DNA of 64,000 nt from Acholeplasmataceae bacterium (GTDB taxonomy: Bacteria > Bacillota_I > Bacilli_A > Acholeplasmatales > Acholeplasmataceae): the NCBI GenBank assembly GCA_963667565.1, contig OY763415.1:960001-1024000 (forward strand), read 5' to 3'. The notes beneath the pieces were generated by a model. It did no database searches and was not told where the DNA came from. It saw only the letters and a program-made list of their open reading frames with translations. Every line of letters starts with the position of its first letter. The first letter of the stretch is position 1. The translations under genes and the position numbers were made by a program. Shown one piece after another: positions 37,139 through 47,069 of this stretch.

Positions 37139-37554
37139 CCTTCATTGAACCATTTCACAAGTTCTCTTAATGAGTCCGTTTCAAATAAAGGATCTTGAAA
37201 TACGTTTTTAATGCCGTAAACGGTATATCTACGCTTTTCCCAAGGTGAACTAATTTGAACCGTGTACTGTACTTCGTTGTTATCAAGTCTTGCAATTCTA
37301 AAATCATCGAATAATGGTCCATTCAGTGGGCAGTTGTTTTTAAACCATACATAAGTCGTCTCTAAATCAACTTTTCCACCAGCTTTGATTTTCTTGATGA
37401 TGTTTCCCATCTTCTTTGTTTTGTTCACAAGGCTTGAATCTTTACAAAACCAATCGTACCATCCTGCTTCAATTTGTACACTTACATGCTCAAAATCATA
37501 ATTGCCATTGTTAAACTTTTGAATCCATGTTGCTAAATTTTCTTTGTTTTCCAT
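37126..37554 (-). CDS. Hypothetical phage protein
   Basis: 142-aa ORF with RBS; WYDWFC and FKNNCP motifs. Confidence 0.7.
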   Translation of the reverse strand: MENKENLATWIQKFNNGNYDFEHVSVQIEAGWYDWFCKDSSLVNKTKKMGNIIKKIKAGGKVDLETTYVWFKNNCPLNGPLFDDFRIARLDNNEVQYTVQISSPWEKRRYTVYGIKNVFQDPLFETDSLRELVKWFNEGWDL

Positions 37555-37631
37555 AACCTGTAGTCTCCTTATAATTTTTTGGTTACTACATATATCACTC
37601 TAAAGGCTCTAAATAGCAAGTACAATTTTGA

Positions 37632-38843
37632 CTATAGTGACTTATTTTCAAAATACTCATAATCACTGAGTGGAGATTTCTTTCCATCTCTGATCAGATA
37701 GCAACCTTCATTGGAATTTTTGTGTTTGATATACCTTTTGACAATGACATCTACAAACTTCTCATCAAGCTCCATTAAATAAGATTTACGATCCAGTTGA
37801 TTAGCTGCAATCATGGTTGAACCAGAACCACCAAATAAATCGAGTATGGATTCATGACGTCTAGAGGAATTGCTGATGGCTTTACCAACTAACTCCAAAG
37901 GTTTCATGGTTGGATGTTCTTCATTTTTCTTTGGTTTGTTATATTCCCAGATGGTATCTTGAGTGCGGTCATCAACAAAGTAATGAGCAGCACCTTCTTT
38001 CCATCCATAAAGAATCGGTTCATGTCTCCAGTGATAATCTTGTCTACCAAGCACTAAAGCATTCTTAACCCAAATCAAACATTCTGCTAGTTTGTATCCA
38101 GCGTTCTTGAATGCATTTCTAAAGTTAAGTCCTTCGGTATCTGCATGACACACGTATATTGCTCCACCAGGCTTTGTATGTTCGAACATGTTTTGAAATG
38201 CGTTGAATAAAAAAAGATAGAAGGTATCATCTTGCATCTTATCGTTTTTAATCTTCCCAGCAGTACCTTCATAGTCTACATTGTAAGGCGGATCGGTAAA
38301 AAGCATATCTACTCGGTTGTTATCAAGCAATGTATCGACTTGTACTTTATCTGTTGAATCGCCACACATGATGCGATGATGACCAAGTTCATAGATGTCT
38401 CCAAGCTTTGAAAATGGTTCTTCTGGTATTTCTGCATCGACATCAAAATCATCATCAGCTGCATTATCTGGAATTAACTCTTCTAACTCCTCAAAGCCAA
38501 ACTGAAGCATATCCATATCGATATCAGCAAGCTCATCTTCAAGCTTCGATAAATCCCAAGTTGCCAGTTCAGCTGTTTTGTTGTCGGCTAAGCGAAATGC
38601 TTTGATTTGTTCGTCGTTTAAGTCATCTGCGATAATACATGGCACTTCCGTTAAACCAAGCGACACAGAGGCTTTTAAGCGGGTATGTCCGGCAATAATC
38701 ACGTTATCACTTGTAATGACGATTGGTACTTTAAAACCAAACTCTTTGATTGAGTTAGCTACTGCAGTAATCGCAGTATCATTATTTCTTGGATTGTTGT
38801 CGTACTCTTGGAGTTCCGAGACGTACTTCATCACGATATTCAT
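37632..38843 (-). CDS. ParB-domain N6/N4 DNA methyltransferase
   Basis: NPRNN...IIAGHTR ParB domain; TDPPY, HPTMKP and DLFGGSGST motifs. Confidence 0.92.
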   Translation of the reverse strand: MNIVMKYVSELQEYDNNPRNNDTAITAVANSIKEFGFKVPIVITSDNVIIAGHTRLKASVSLGLTEVPCIIADDLNDEQIKAFRLADNKTAELATWDLSKLEDELADIDMDMLQFGFEELEELIPDNAADDDFDVDAEIPEEPFSKLGDIYELGHHRIMCGDSTDKVQVDTLLDNNRVDMLFTDPPYNVDYEGTAGKIKNDKMQDDTFYLFLFNAFQNMFEHTKPGGAIYVCHADTEGLNFRNAFKNAGYKLAECLIWVKNALVLGRQDYHWRHEPILYGWKEGAAHYFVDDRTQDTIWEYNKPKKNEEHPTMKPLELVGKAISNSSRRHESILDLFGGSGSTMIAANQLDRKSYLMELDEKFVDVIVKRYIKHKNSNEGCYLIRDGKKSPLSDYEYFENKSL

Positions 38844-39309
38844 TGATCCATTCCTCCTCGCCATTCTCTAGGCGTTTTTGCATAAGCTCTATTTCTGCTT
38901 TCTTTTCGTTATATTCGATACCAAACTTCGTAATCAACAAATACTTGATTGCTTGTACGTCTGGTGGTGATTGTTTCTTGTATTTGGTGATACGCTTTTT
39001 CGTACCTGTTTTCGTTTCTTCAATAACCGTCTGCGTTTCTTCATACTCAAAACCAATCGCACGTTGCAGCATAGCATCTAATAGTTTGTGCTTTAATGCT
39101 TCATCACCATATTGAAACGCATCATTGAATTTCGGATGTGCTTTTCTTAACTTAATGACTGTTTTATCCGTCACACCTAAATATTTAGCGATTTGAAGTT
39201 GTGTTGCACGCTTTGATACCATTTCAGATATCGCCTTAAGTTTCGTCTCAAGATGTCCAGACGCTTCCCAACGCTCATAATAATCGAGCATTTTTCCTTT
39301 CATAATCAA
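38782..39309 (-). CDS. HTH protein, first gene of the late region (terminase-small-like)
   Basis: IAKYLGV HTH; RAIGFEYEE...PPDVQA pattern. Confidence 0.6.
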   Translation of the reverse strand: MIMKGKMLDYYERWEASGHLETKLKAISEMVSKRATQLQIAKYLGVTDKTVIKLRKAHPKFNDAFQYGDEALKHKLLDAMLQRAIGFEYEETQTVIEETKTGTKKRITKYKKQSPPDVQAIKYLLITKFGIEYNEKKAEIELMQKRLENGEEEWINEYRDEVRLGTPRVRQQSKK

Positions 39310-39461
39310 TCACTCCAACTGTTTACATAAAACTGTAATCTATCACCAGTTGGAATACTACAAGTATCTCTGCAAAAACAAAAAAGAATCCATTTCTGAA
39401 TTCTTAATTGTTTCTAGGCTGGTCGTAAAGCCAGTATTCCCTGTTGTTTATAGCTTTGCTC

Positions 39462-39523
39462 ATTATAATACTATCACACCCTTGACAGTTTCACAATAGT
39501 TCACCCCTGCTCACCCCTGCTCA
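39462..39523 (-). promoter_or_regulatory. Late promoter candidate: tandem TCACCCCTGC repeats and -10 TATAAT
   Basis: Repeats at 39501-39520 overlap the end of the activator gene; -10 at 39462-39467. Confidence 0.55.
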
Positions 39524-39941
39524 TTCGTACATGAGGTGTGATTTGTTCTAATGCTTGGCTATGTTTTCTTCTAACAGTTGCATATGAGCAGTACATTTCT
39601 TTTGAGATTTCACTCCAACTATACCAATCAATGTACCTAAATATCAATACACTTTTAAGTACAGTATCTTCGAGTTTTTCAATAGTGTTGATAATCTGAA
39701 CTTTTATTGTTGGTAATTGTTTTTGAAGTGCTTTAATTTTTAGTTCACAGTCTAGAGCTTTATGTATCCACTTGGTAAATGGTGCATCTAGCTTTTTCGT
39801 TCCATCTACTCGAACCTGATCGAAGTTCATACCTGGAATTGTGCTAGACATGTGATTATAGTACTCGACATCTTTTTTGAGTTTATCAATTTTTAGCATC
39901 ACATCACGATATTGCGATAGATATTCTTTTGTGTCCATCAT
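39501..39941 (-). CDS. Late transcription activator (ArpU/RinA/DUF1492-like)
   Basis: KEYLSQY N-terminus; RYIDWYSWSEIS HTH; last early gene. Confidence 0.75.
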   Translation of the reverse strand: MMDTKEYLSQYRDVMLKIDKLKKDVEYYNHMSSTIPGMNFDQVRVDGTKKLDAPFTKWIHKALDCELKIKALQKQLPTIKVQIINTIEKLEDTVLKSVLIFRYIDWYSWSEISKEMYCSYATVRRKHSQALEQITPHVRMSRGEQG

Positions 39942-40351
39942 GTTACCTCCTTAAACTTGTCTAGTACTTCAATTTCAATGGCGATACCGTTCGGATTATC
40001 AGACCATATCTTTTCCACATGTTCAACAACCACTTGTGCATCGTCAATCCAAAAACCAACTTCTGTCATGCAGTCTTTGAGCATCTTTTCCAAATTATCC
40101 GTATCTGGTCTAGTGATTCGCCATTCATAATGTTTGTGTCTTTTACCTCTTGGAAATTTCCATATCACATGAAGCTTGATTGCACCTTCTAGTGGTTTAT
40201 CAGGTTTGAATGGTCTTAGATGTTTGATGAGTGTTCGTCTAGCCTCTATCAATTTTTTAGGTTTATAGAATACTGGTTTCTTATTCACCAGCGTTACTTT
40301 ATTTTGTTGAGCTGTAATTGTTGGTGGATCTATTAGCAGAAATATTTTCAT
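39938..40351 (-). CDS. rusA: RusA-family Holliday junction resolvase
   Basis: RPDTDNLEK...DDAQV motif. Confidence 0.88.
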   Translation of the reverse strand: MKIFLLIDPPTITAQQNKVTLVNKKPVFYKPKKLIEARRTLIKHLRPFKPDKPLEGAIKLHVIWKFPRGKRHKHYEWRITRPDTDNLEKMLKDCMTEVGFWIDDAQVVVEHVEKIWSDNPNGIAIEIEVLDKFKEVT

Positions 40352-40597
40352 AGCTGCCTCCTTTTTTTAGATTTTTAGAATTTTTAGAGTGAAGAAAGGT
40401 AGTGCTGACGTTGATGCGGTTGTTTGGGATAGGGCAAGGCTCGAAGCCCTATCCTACAAACGACGTGTCAGCGTGTTGGTTACGTACAACACATATATAA
40501 GGCCTTTCCGTAACATTTACAGATAGGGAATATCACCCTATTTGCACCGTAAAAGTGTAAATTTTACAGATAGGAGTTTTTTACCTTTCTGTACGTA

Positions 40598-42583
40598 TTA
40601 TTTACGTCTGTAAACTTTACCTTTTGTGAATTTATAGTCATCGTCAAACTCTCGAATTCGATCTCTTATTGTACGTTCTTTTAAATCTAAGTATTCAGCA
40701 AGCTCATTGACATCACATGAACCATCTTCATCAACATTAATATCAAAAGCTGTATCGAATTCTTCTTTTCTAGATTCTGGTGTTTGACTTCTTTTACCGC
40801 TTTTATCAAGGTTAGCTTTTGGATCACCAGTGGCATATACTTTTTGAAGTATGCCTTTATCATCTATTCGATGAATTGGGTATTCAAACCAAAAGTTCAC
40901 TGGCTTAAAGTTAGGAAATTCACGAAGGCTACTTTCTAACCTCCACGCTGTTGAATGTGGGTTATCTGCATTTTGAAGCATGAAATCTTCATCTGTTTCT
41001 AATTGAATCATGTCGAGCTGTGCATCTGGATCACGTGCAAAAACACCACTCCCACTCGCTCTGTCCATTGCCTTTTTAAATCCTTGAGCACCTTTACTAT
41101 GATGATGGGAGTAAATAGCTGCACATCCTGTTTCATTGCATATTTTGTCGAATTCATTAGAGAAAGCTCCCATTTCACTCGCATTGTTTTCATCACCAGT
41201 AATCACTTTATAAATCGGATCAATAATAATAGCATCAAAGCCCTGATTCTTTACTTTGCGAATGAGTTTTGGTACTAGTTTGTCAAGTGGCATTGCACGA
41301 CCACGAAGGTTCCATATTTTTATATTTGAGCTATTTCTTGGTTTTAATTTTAATGCTTTATATATTTCGTCAAAGCGATGGAAACAACTGGCTCTATCAA
41401 TTTCTAAATTTACATAGAGTATTTTTGATTTCTTTGTTTGAAAACCTAGCCATTTCATACCTTCTGACAGCATAATCGCTAGTTCCATGAGCAAGAAACT
41501 CTTTCCCGCTTTAGATGAACCTGAAATAAGCATCTTATGTCCAACCCTAACAACACCTTCGATAAGTTCTGGTGCAAGTGGTGGAAGATTTGCTAATGCA
41601 TCATCCAGTGAATCAACACTTGGAAGTTCATCAGCATTTCCTTCAACAAAGTCTAACCATTCATTCCAGTCTTTTCTACCAATATCTGTATCAACTAATG
41701 TTTGCATGACACCATTTCTAATCACACCTGGTAAACGTGATAACCTTGAAGGGTTCCTGTTAGCCTTATCAACTTTAAGACCATTTTTATTTAAGAAATC
41801 ATATAGGAAATCAACTCTTTTACGGTATTCTTCTGAATCTTTGGCATCAACTTTCACTATGGCATGTAGGCTTCTACTTCCGCTATGTACTAAACAAGCA
41901 ATAGGCAACTCAAACTTACGATATAATGCGTCTTGTTCGGATATCGGCATATCATCAGATTCTACAAGAGCATGAGTAAAACGTACAATGTTTTCATTCT
42001 TGACACCAACACCATCAACTGGGTTAAACCGAATCCAAGCTCCACATTCGTCTTTGGAATCACCAATAACAGCACCTATGTCGTCAGGGTGTTTTTCAAG
42101 TAAATCCATGAGTTCACCAGCTGTTCTGTCATATTGTCCTTTTTTAGGCATCCATTTACCATCACTGTTTTGCCATACATCCGTTGTTACATATCCTACA
42201 TACTCATCATCATAAAAAAGCGTATCTAAATATTTGATGAGTTGTTCTGCAGGAGTCATATCATTCGTTGGATCGTAAATCATCCCATCGCCATCGTACT
42301 CAATAATGTCATCCCACGCCATAATTCCACCATGAGGTGTCCAGCCATTATCTTTAGCCATTTTAATGATAGTCCCACCGGATATGGGTAAAGAGGAACC
42401 TTTGAAAGTTCCCCATTTTCTGTCGCACTCCCCATCACGATAACGTGAATCGTTTTTACTCCAGTCATCCCATACTGAACAGTCATATCCTTCAGCTTTT
42501 AAAGCCATACCTACTTGTATCCACTCTTCATAAGTTGTTTGTGATGCATCTATTTGTTTCAAAGCTTCTAATATGTTGTCCAT
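40598..42583 (-). CDS. Primase-helicase (PriCT-2 plus RepA-like AAA_25)
   Basis: YEEWIQVGMALK PriCT-2, HSGSRSLH primase, GSSKAGKS Walker A, IIIDP Walker B. Confidence 0.9.
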   Translation of the reverse strand: MDNILEALKQIDASQTTYEEWIQVGMALKAEGYDCSVWDDWSKNDSRYRDGECDRKWGTFKGSSLPISGGTIIKMAKDNGWTPHGGIMAWDDIIEYDGDGMIYDPTNDMTPAEQLIKYLDTLFYDDEYVGYVTTDVWQNSDGKWMPKKGQYDRTAGELMDLLEKHPDDIGAVIGDSKDECGAWIRFNPVDGVGVKNENIVRFTHALVESDDMPISEQDALYRKFELPIACLVHSGSRSLHAIVKVDAKDSEEYRKRVDFLYDFLNKNGLKVDKANRNPSRLSRLPGVIRNGVMQTLVDTDIGRKDWNEWLDFVEGNADELPSVDSLDDALANLPPLAPELIEGVVRVGHKMLISGSSKAGKSFLLMELAIMLSEGMKWLGFQTKKSKILYVNLEIDRASCFHRFDEIYKALKLKPRNSSNIKIWNLRGRAMPLDKLVPKLIRKVKNQGFDAIIIDPIYKVITGDENNASEMGAFSNEFDKICNETGCAAIYSHHHSKGAQGFKKAMDRASGSGVFARDPDAQLDMIQLETDEDFMLQNADNPHSTAWRLESSLREFPNFKPVNFWFEYPIHRIDDKGILQKVYATGDPKANLDKSGKRSQTPESRKEEFDTAFDINVDEDGSCDVNELAEYLDLKERTIRDRIREFDDDYKFTKGKVYRRK

Positions 42584-42594
42584 GAAAGTTCCTC

Positions 42595-44172
42595 CTATGG
42601 TTGATAGTGGGCAGAATCTATACCATAAGGTAATGCCCAGTTGTTGTTTGCAATTCTTGAGATCATCTTAGTTGCTGCATCAAATGCCCACATACCAACA
42701 TGTAAGAAACCATATCGTTCTAATAAGCGTATTTGTTTTGGTGTTGCTAATCCTTCAAATTGTCTGTTTTTGAGTTTTTCGATGATCATGCTTGCCATAC
42801 CACTATTGGTGATTGCTTCAGCATAAATACCGTGTTTTTCTAAGTAATCGATTTGTTTCGCAGTTGCAGGTGCCATCTCCCACATAAATGTAGGTTCATA
42901 TTTAGCCAAATCTTCCGCTGCAATTGAAAAAGCATATTGAATTGGATCAACTAACCCAGCTTTTTTCTTACGCATTGCTGCAAGTTCACGAGCTAAAGCA
43001 TCTTCACGCTCTTGAATTGCGTCACTTTCAGCTTCTCTTTCTGCATCAAGTAAATCAATACCACTTTCTTTATCCATCATTTTCTTGTCGATGCGTTTTG
43101 CTAAATCTTCATCTTTTGAAATTAAGGCTGATGGTCTGCATAAATCGTGACGTTCTGTCATCCATAGAAAATCGAGTAATAATAGTTCTGTCTTACCTGG
43201 ATGTAGTCTCATGCCACGACCGACCATTTGTTGATAAAGACTTCTAACCTTTGTTGGTCTTAAAATGATAATACAGTCGACAGCCGGACTATCCCAACCT
43301 TCAGTAAGTAGCATTGAATTACATAAAACATCATACTCACCTTCTTCAAAGTCTTTAAGTATTTGATCTCTGTCCGGACTATTACCATTCACCTCAGCAG
43401 CTCGAATGCCATAAAGGTTTAATAATTCAGCAAACTTCTGAGATGTTTTGACAAGTGGTAAGAATACAACTGTTTTTCTACCTTTACAGTAGTTCAGCAT
43501 TTCTAGTGCGATTTGATTTAAGTACGGTTCTAATGCCGATCCAATTTCACCGACTGCATAATCACCATTCGACATCCTTACATTTTGAATATCAAGTTCT
43601 AATGGAATCATCTGTGCTTTGACAGGACTTAGATATCCATCTCTTATTGCTTGATGTAGTGAGTACTCATATGCCTTTGAATCGAAAAACTTACCGAGAT
43701 TCTTTTGATCCGCACGATCAGGTGTAGCTGTAACACCTAGAATGTTTGCGACATCAAAGTGTGTTAATATTTTTTGATAACTATCACTCATAGAATGATG
43801 TGCTTCATCCACAACGATGGTTTTGAAGTGATCTTTTGGAAAAGCAGTCAATCTGTTTTGTTGTGATAGTGTTTGAACTGATGCAACGACGACTTGCTCC
43901 GATGCACCAATGGCACTAGACTCAGCCTTTTCTAAAGCTGAATCTAAACCACTAGTTTCAAATAAGGTATCTGAAGCTTGATCGAGTAATTCTCCACGAT
44001 GGGCAAGGACTAACGCTTTACTACCATCTTTGGTTTCTTCTTCTATAACTTTTGAGAAGACGACTGTCTTACCAGTTCCAGTTGGAAGTACTAAAAGCGT
44101 CTTTTTATGTCCTTCCTTCCATTCGTTTTGAATGGCACTAACTGCTTCGGTTTGATAGGGTCTTAGTTCCAT
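42595..44172 (-). CDS. SF2 DEAH helicase
   Basis: PTGTGKT, DEAHH, TATP and QMVGRGMR motifs. Confidence 0.93.
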   Translation of the reverse strand: MELRPYQTEAVSAIQNEWKEGHKKTLLVLPTGTGKTVVFSKVIEEETKDGSKALVLAHRGELLDQASDTLFETSGLDSALEKAESSAIGASEQVVVASVQTLSQQNRLTAFPKDHFKTIVVDEAHHSMSDSYQKILTHFDVANILGVTATPDRADQKNLGKFFDSKAYEYSLHQAIRDGYLSPVKAQMIPLELDIQNVRMSNGDYAVGEIGSALEPYLNQIALEMLNYCKGRKTVVFLPLVKTSQKFAELLNLYGIRAAEVNGNSPDRDQILKDFEEGEYDVLCNSMLLTEGWDSPAVDCIIILRPTKVRSLYQQMVGRGMRLHPGKTELLLLDFLWMTERHDLCRPSALISKDEDLAKRIDKKMMDKESGIDLLDAEREAESDAIQEREDALARELAAMRKKKAGLVDPIQYAFSIAAEDLAKYEPTFMWEMAPATAKQIDYLEKHGIYAEAITNSGMASMIIEKLKNRQFEGLATPKQIRLLERYGFLHVGMWAFDAATKMISRIANNNWALPYGIDSAHYQP

Positions 44173-44183
44173 AGTGAGACCTC

Positions 44184-44639
44184 CTAGAATGGGAGATCAT
44201 CTGGGATAAAGAACTCTTCTTTGTAGTCGATAAAACGTTCAATATCGTTTGTAAACTTTTCATCACCTTGTGAGTTGATATATGAACGTTGTTTGAAGTG
44301 TGCTCTACCCTGAGAACCTAAAACTTTATTCCAATCCATAGTAAGCTTTTCACCATGTTTCTTTTGTCCGATACTTCTAAAGAATCCAGAGATACGCCAC
44401 TCTAAAGTTCTATATAGTAATAAATCAAATTTCACTGTAGCGATGCCTTGATCTGTGTTTACTTGAACGGTAATCGTTGCTTTGTTGCAAGCTGGAACCT
44501 TTGGTCCTCCAGGAAATCTACCACGTTCAAAATTAGTAACTGTAAAATTATAATCACCTTCAGGTAGTAATACATACTCCTGACCATCTTCTGAGATTTC
44601 GTCATTCCATCCCATTAACATATCTTTATTTTCAATCAT
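44184..44639 (-). CDS. Phage single-stranded DNA-binding protein (DUF669-like)
   Basis: LLPEGDY motif; acidic DDLPF C-terminus. Confidence 0.75.
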   Translation of the reverse strand: MIENKDMLMGWNDEISEDGQEYVLLPEGDYNFTVTNFERGRFPGGPKVPACNKATITVQVNTDQGIATVKFDLLLYRTLEWRISGFFRSIGQKKHGEKLTMDWNKVLGSQGRAHFKQRSYINSQGDEKFTNDIERFIDYKEEFFIPDDLPF

Positions 44640-44641
44640 GA

Positions 44642-45610
44642 TTATTGTCCTCCTTTATTTTTTTTGATTGATTCTAGGATCTTTTTCCAATTAGGTACGA
44701 TCCATCTTGTCATAAAATCATCTGAATAATTTGTGATTGGATCTGTATCTTTATAGTGTCCTTTTTGCGAAACTACTTTCATCAGATCTTCTTCTGTAAT
44801 GCCTGCTTCGTTAATCATATTTCTAATAGTTTCTACATAGGATTTAGTACTAACATCTTTAAAATCGTAATTCATAACTTGATCCATTGGGAAATCGTCA
44901 AAATCAAATAGATGTTTAATCTCTGCAAAATCAAGTTCAAGTTCTTCTGGTAAATCAAAACGATTCTTTGCGTCATAGGTAGGATTATGGCTGGTGTATA
45001 ATACACGTTTCCCGCCTTGAGCTTTCTTTTTGTTTGTGTCTGTTATGACGACATAAATCTTGTAATTCATAAAGAATAGCGCATCACTCCACTCTTTTAA
45101 TACCGGTGCGACTTGTTTTGTCAGTTTCATTTCATAACGATCGAATGCACCTTGTTCCTCTGGAAGTTCAAATTTTCTAGGTTTTGCATGGGCAGTGATT
45201 ACCACGTTGATTCCTACTTCAATCAATTGATCCATAAGTGTCAGCAGTTTTGAAAATTCATCTACTAAATACACATAACCTTTTCCGTAACCGAAGTCTT
45301 CAATATTGTTCTTGCGATACTTTTCACACACTGCATTTGAACATAAGCTTTCAGCCCAGTCTGCAGTATCTAACACAACTGTTTTACATATATGTGGATT
45401 ATCCTTTATCTCTTTAACAACAGAGATTAATTCGTCCCATGACTTATTACATTTGATTCTTCTAACATTTAAATTGCTTGTTCCGCCTTCCGTGTCGATA
45501 AATAATGGATCTGGAAACTGACTCGCAAATGTAGATTTACCTATACCTTCGGGTCCATATAAAACGATTTTTAATGGACGTTTTTCTTTACCTTCAATAA
45601 TGTTTAACAT
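44642..45610 (-). CDS. Sak4-like AAA_24 ATPase
   Basis: YGPEGIGKST, IDTEGG and AKNR motifs. Confidence 0.85.
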   Translation of the reverse strand: MLNIIEGKEKRPLKIVLYGPEGIGKSTFASQFPDPLFIDTEGGTSNLNVRRIKCNKSWDELISVVKEIKDNPHICKTVVLDTADWAESLCSNAVCEKYRKNNIEDFGYGKGYVYLVDEFSKLLTLMDQLIEVGINVVITAHAKPRKFELPEEQGAFDRYEMKLTKQVAPVLKEWSDALFFMNYKIYVVITDTNKKKAQGGKRVLYTSHNPTYDAKNRFDLPEELELDFAEIKHLFDFDDFPMDQVMNYDFKDVSTKSYVETIRNMINEAGITEEDLMKVVSQKGHYKDTDPITNYSDDFMTRWIVPNWKKILESIKKNKGGQ

Positions 45611-45612
45611 CT

Positions 45613-46800
45613 TTATAAATCTCCTTCTTCTTTAATGTTTGCCTCTTCTCGAGGATCTGAATTTTTAACTAAAGTAAGTGAACCAAGTTGCATCTCTACA
45701 TATTGTCCGATGAGTGCATTGACTTTATCTTTTCCGATTCGTTTGGTTAACTCTGTGATACCAGCTACTTTTTTAGGTGCATATGGATCAACACCTGCAG
45801 ATTCACATGCCTTGATCACTCCGTCTTCATCGATGATCTTTCTAGCTCCTTTTGCATGAACCAGTTTGTAATTTTGCCACCTGTGACCGTTCATGGCTTT
45901 CTTCATGGCAAACTCCATCACATCTTTTGCGTATTGAATCATGTCGTCAAGATAAGGAAGTATTGCTTCGATGTCTTTATCTGTGAGCGTTGTAACGGGT
46001 TTGTTGTTCGTCTGAAATACGTCCATCATCGCTTCTGCCCTTAATCCACAAGTCGCTTTTGCGTTACAATACTTACAATGACTACCAGGTTTTCCTGCTG
46101 GATTGATTTTCTTTGTTTCTGCAACAGCTGGAATTAAAACCTCTAGTTCAAACTGTAATAATTCATCAATTGACATTTCGTAGTCATTGGTGTTGTTAAT
46201 GACGGGTTGATAAACGACTAACCTAACGTTTTTAATTGGATAAATGTCTTTGTAGAGCTTATAGAAGTAAAGTGCGTAGATACCCAATTGGCTATTGAAT
46301 CGTCCGGTTTCACTATCGAAAGTTTGAACTGGTACACGTCCAGTTTTTAAATCAATGACTGTTAGAGTTCCACCATCTCTTTTTGAAATGATCCCGCAAT
46401 CCAAAGTTCCACCAGCATCTTCATCAAAATCCATGTCCAGATGTTGTTCGACTGTAATGATTGTGTCGCCATCTGAATGTTTCATCTCAAAGTCTGCTGT
46501 ACTAATTACGAAGTCTGCATATCCATCTGCGATTTCTTGCATCTCTGGTGAATACATATCAAGATCCATAATGACTTCTTCGATAGTTTTGAACTCATTG
46601 TCGTAATCTGCAAGCTCTAATGACTTAATGATTAATGCTGCACCAAGTTCATGACATTGAGTTCCGAATTCTGCTTGAGGACTTGAAACTTGACTTGATC
46701 CATCGTTGAATAATGTTGACAATGGACAATTTATCCAGATGCTGCTTTTACTTGGGCTGTACTTTCTACTATGCTTTGTGGGTGCTGGCATCACTTTCAC
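45613..46800 (-). CDS. PD-(D/E)XK nuclease (DUF2800/Cas4-like)
   Basis: GTLD...IDLKTG...QLGIYA and HCKYC...C motifs. Confidence 0.85.
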   Translation of the reverse strand: MKVMPAPTKHSRKYSPSKSSIWINCPLSTLFNDGSSQVSSPQAEFGTQCHELGAALIIKSLELADYDNEFKTIEEVIMDLDMYSPEMQEIADGYADFVISTADFEMKHSDGDTIITVEQHLDMDFDEDAGGTLDCGIISKRDGGTLTVIDLKTGRVPVQTFDSETGRFNSQLGIYALYFYKLYKDIYPIKNVRLVVYQPVINNTNDYEMSIDELLQFELEVLIPAVAETKKINPAGKPGSHCKYCNAKATCGLRAEAMMDVFQTNNKPVTTLTDKDIEAILPYLDDMIQYAKDVMEFAMKKAMNGHRWQNYKLVHAKGARKIIDEDGVIKACESAGVDPYAPKKVAGITELTKRIGKDKVNALIGQYVEMQLGSLTLVKNSDPREEANIKEEGDL

Positions 46801-46987
46801 CTACTTCTTCATAGATTTCGATTCCTGTGACAGAATCACTTGGAGCAATGATTAAGACCCTATGTCTCTTCCCGAATAGCTTGTGGAATAGTCTTTTCGG
46901 AAGGGTCTCATGCGTGGACTCAATCACACGAGTGTTTCCACTGTTGTTCGACAAATTAATGCGAACCTTATGCTTTTTGTTTTGCAT
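46769..46987 (-). CDS. Hypothetical phage protein
   Basis: 72-aa ORF with RBS; first gene after the repeated promoter motif. Confidence 0.65.
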   Translation of the reverse strand: MQNKKHKVRINLSNNSGNTRVIESTHETLPKRLFHKLFGKRHRVLIIAPSDSVTGIEIYEEVGESDASTHKA

Positions 46988-47025
46988 GGTTTTTTAACCT
47001 CTTTCTAGAAGTGCTTTATCGCCTT

Positions 47026-47069
47026 CTAAGTCTTAGTCCGCATTTTTTCCGAAAAGTTCGGGTTTTTTT
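47026..47069 (-). promoter_or_regulatory. Alternative-sigma-type promoter candidate (GAACTT-N15-GACTAA) for the early genes
   Basis: Shares CTAAGTCTTAGTCCGCA and AAAAGTTCGGGTTTTT with 16094-16136. Confidence 0.6.
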
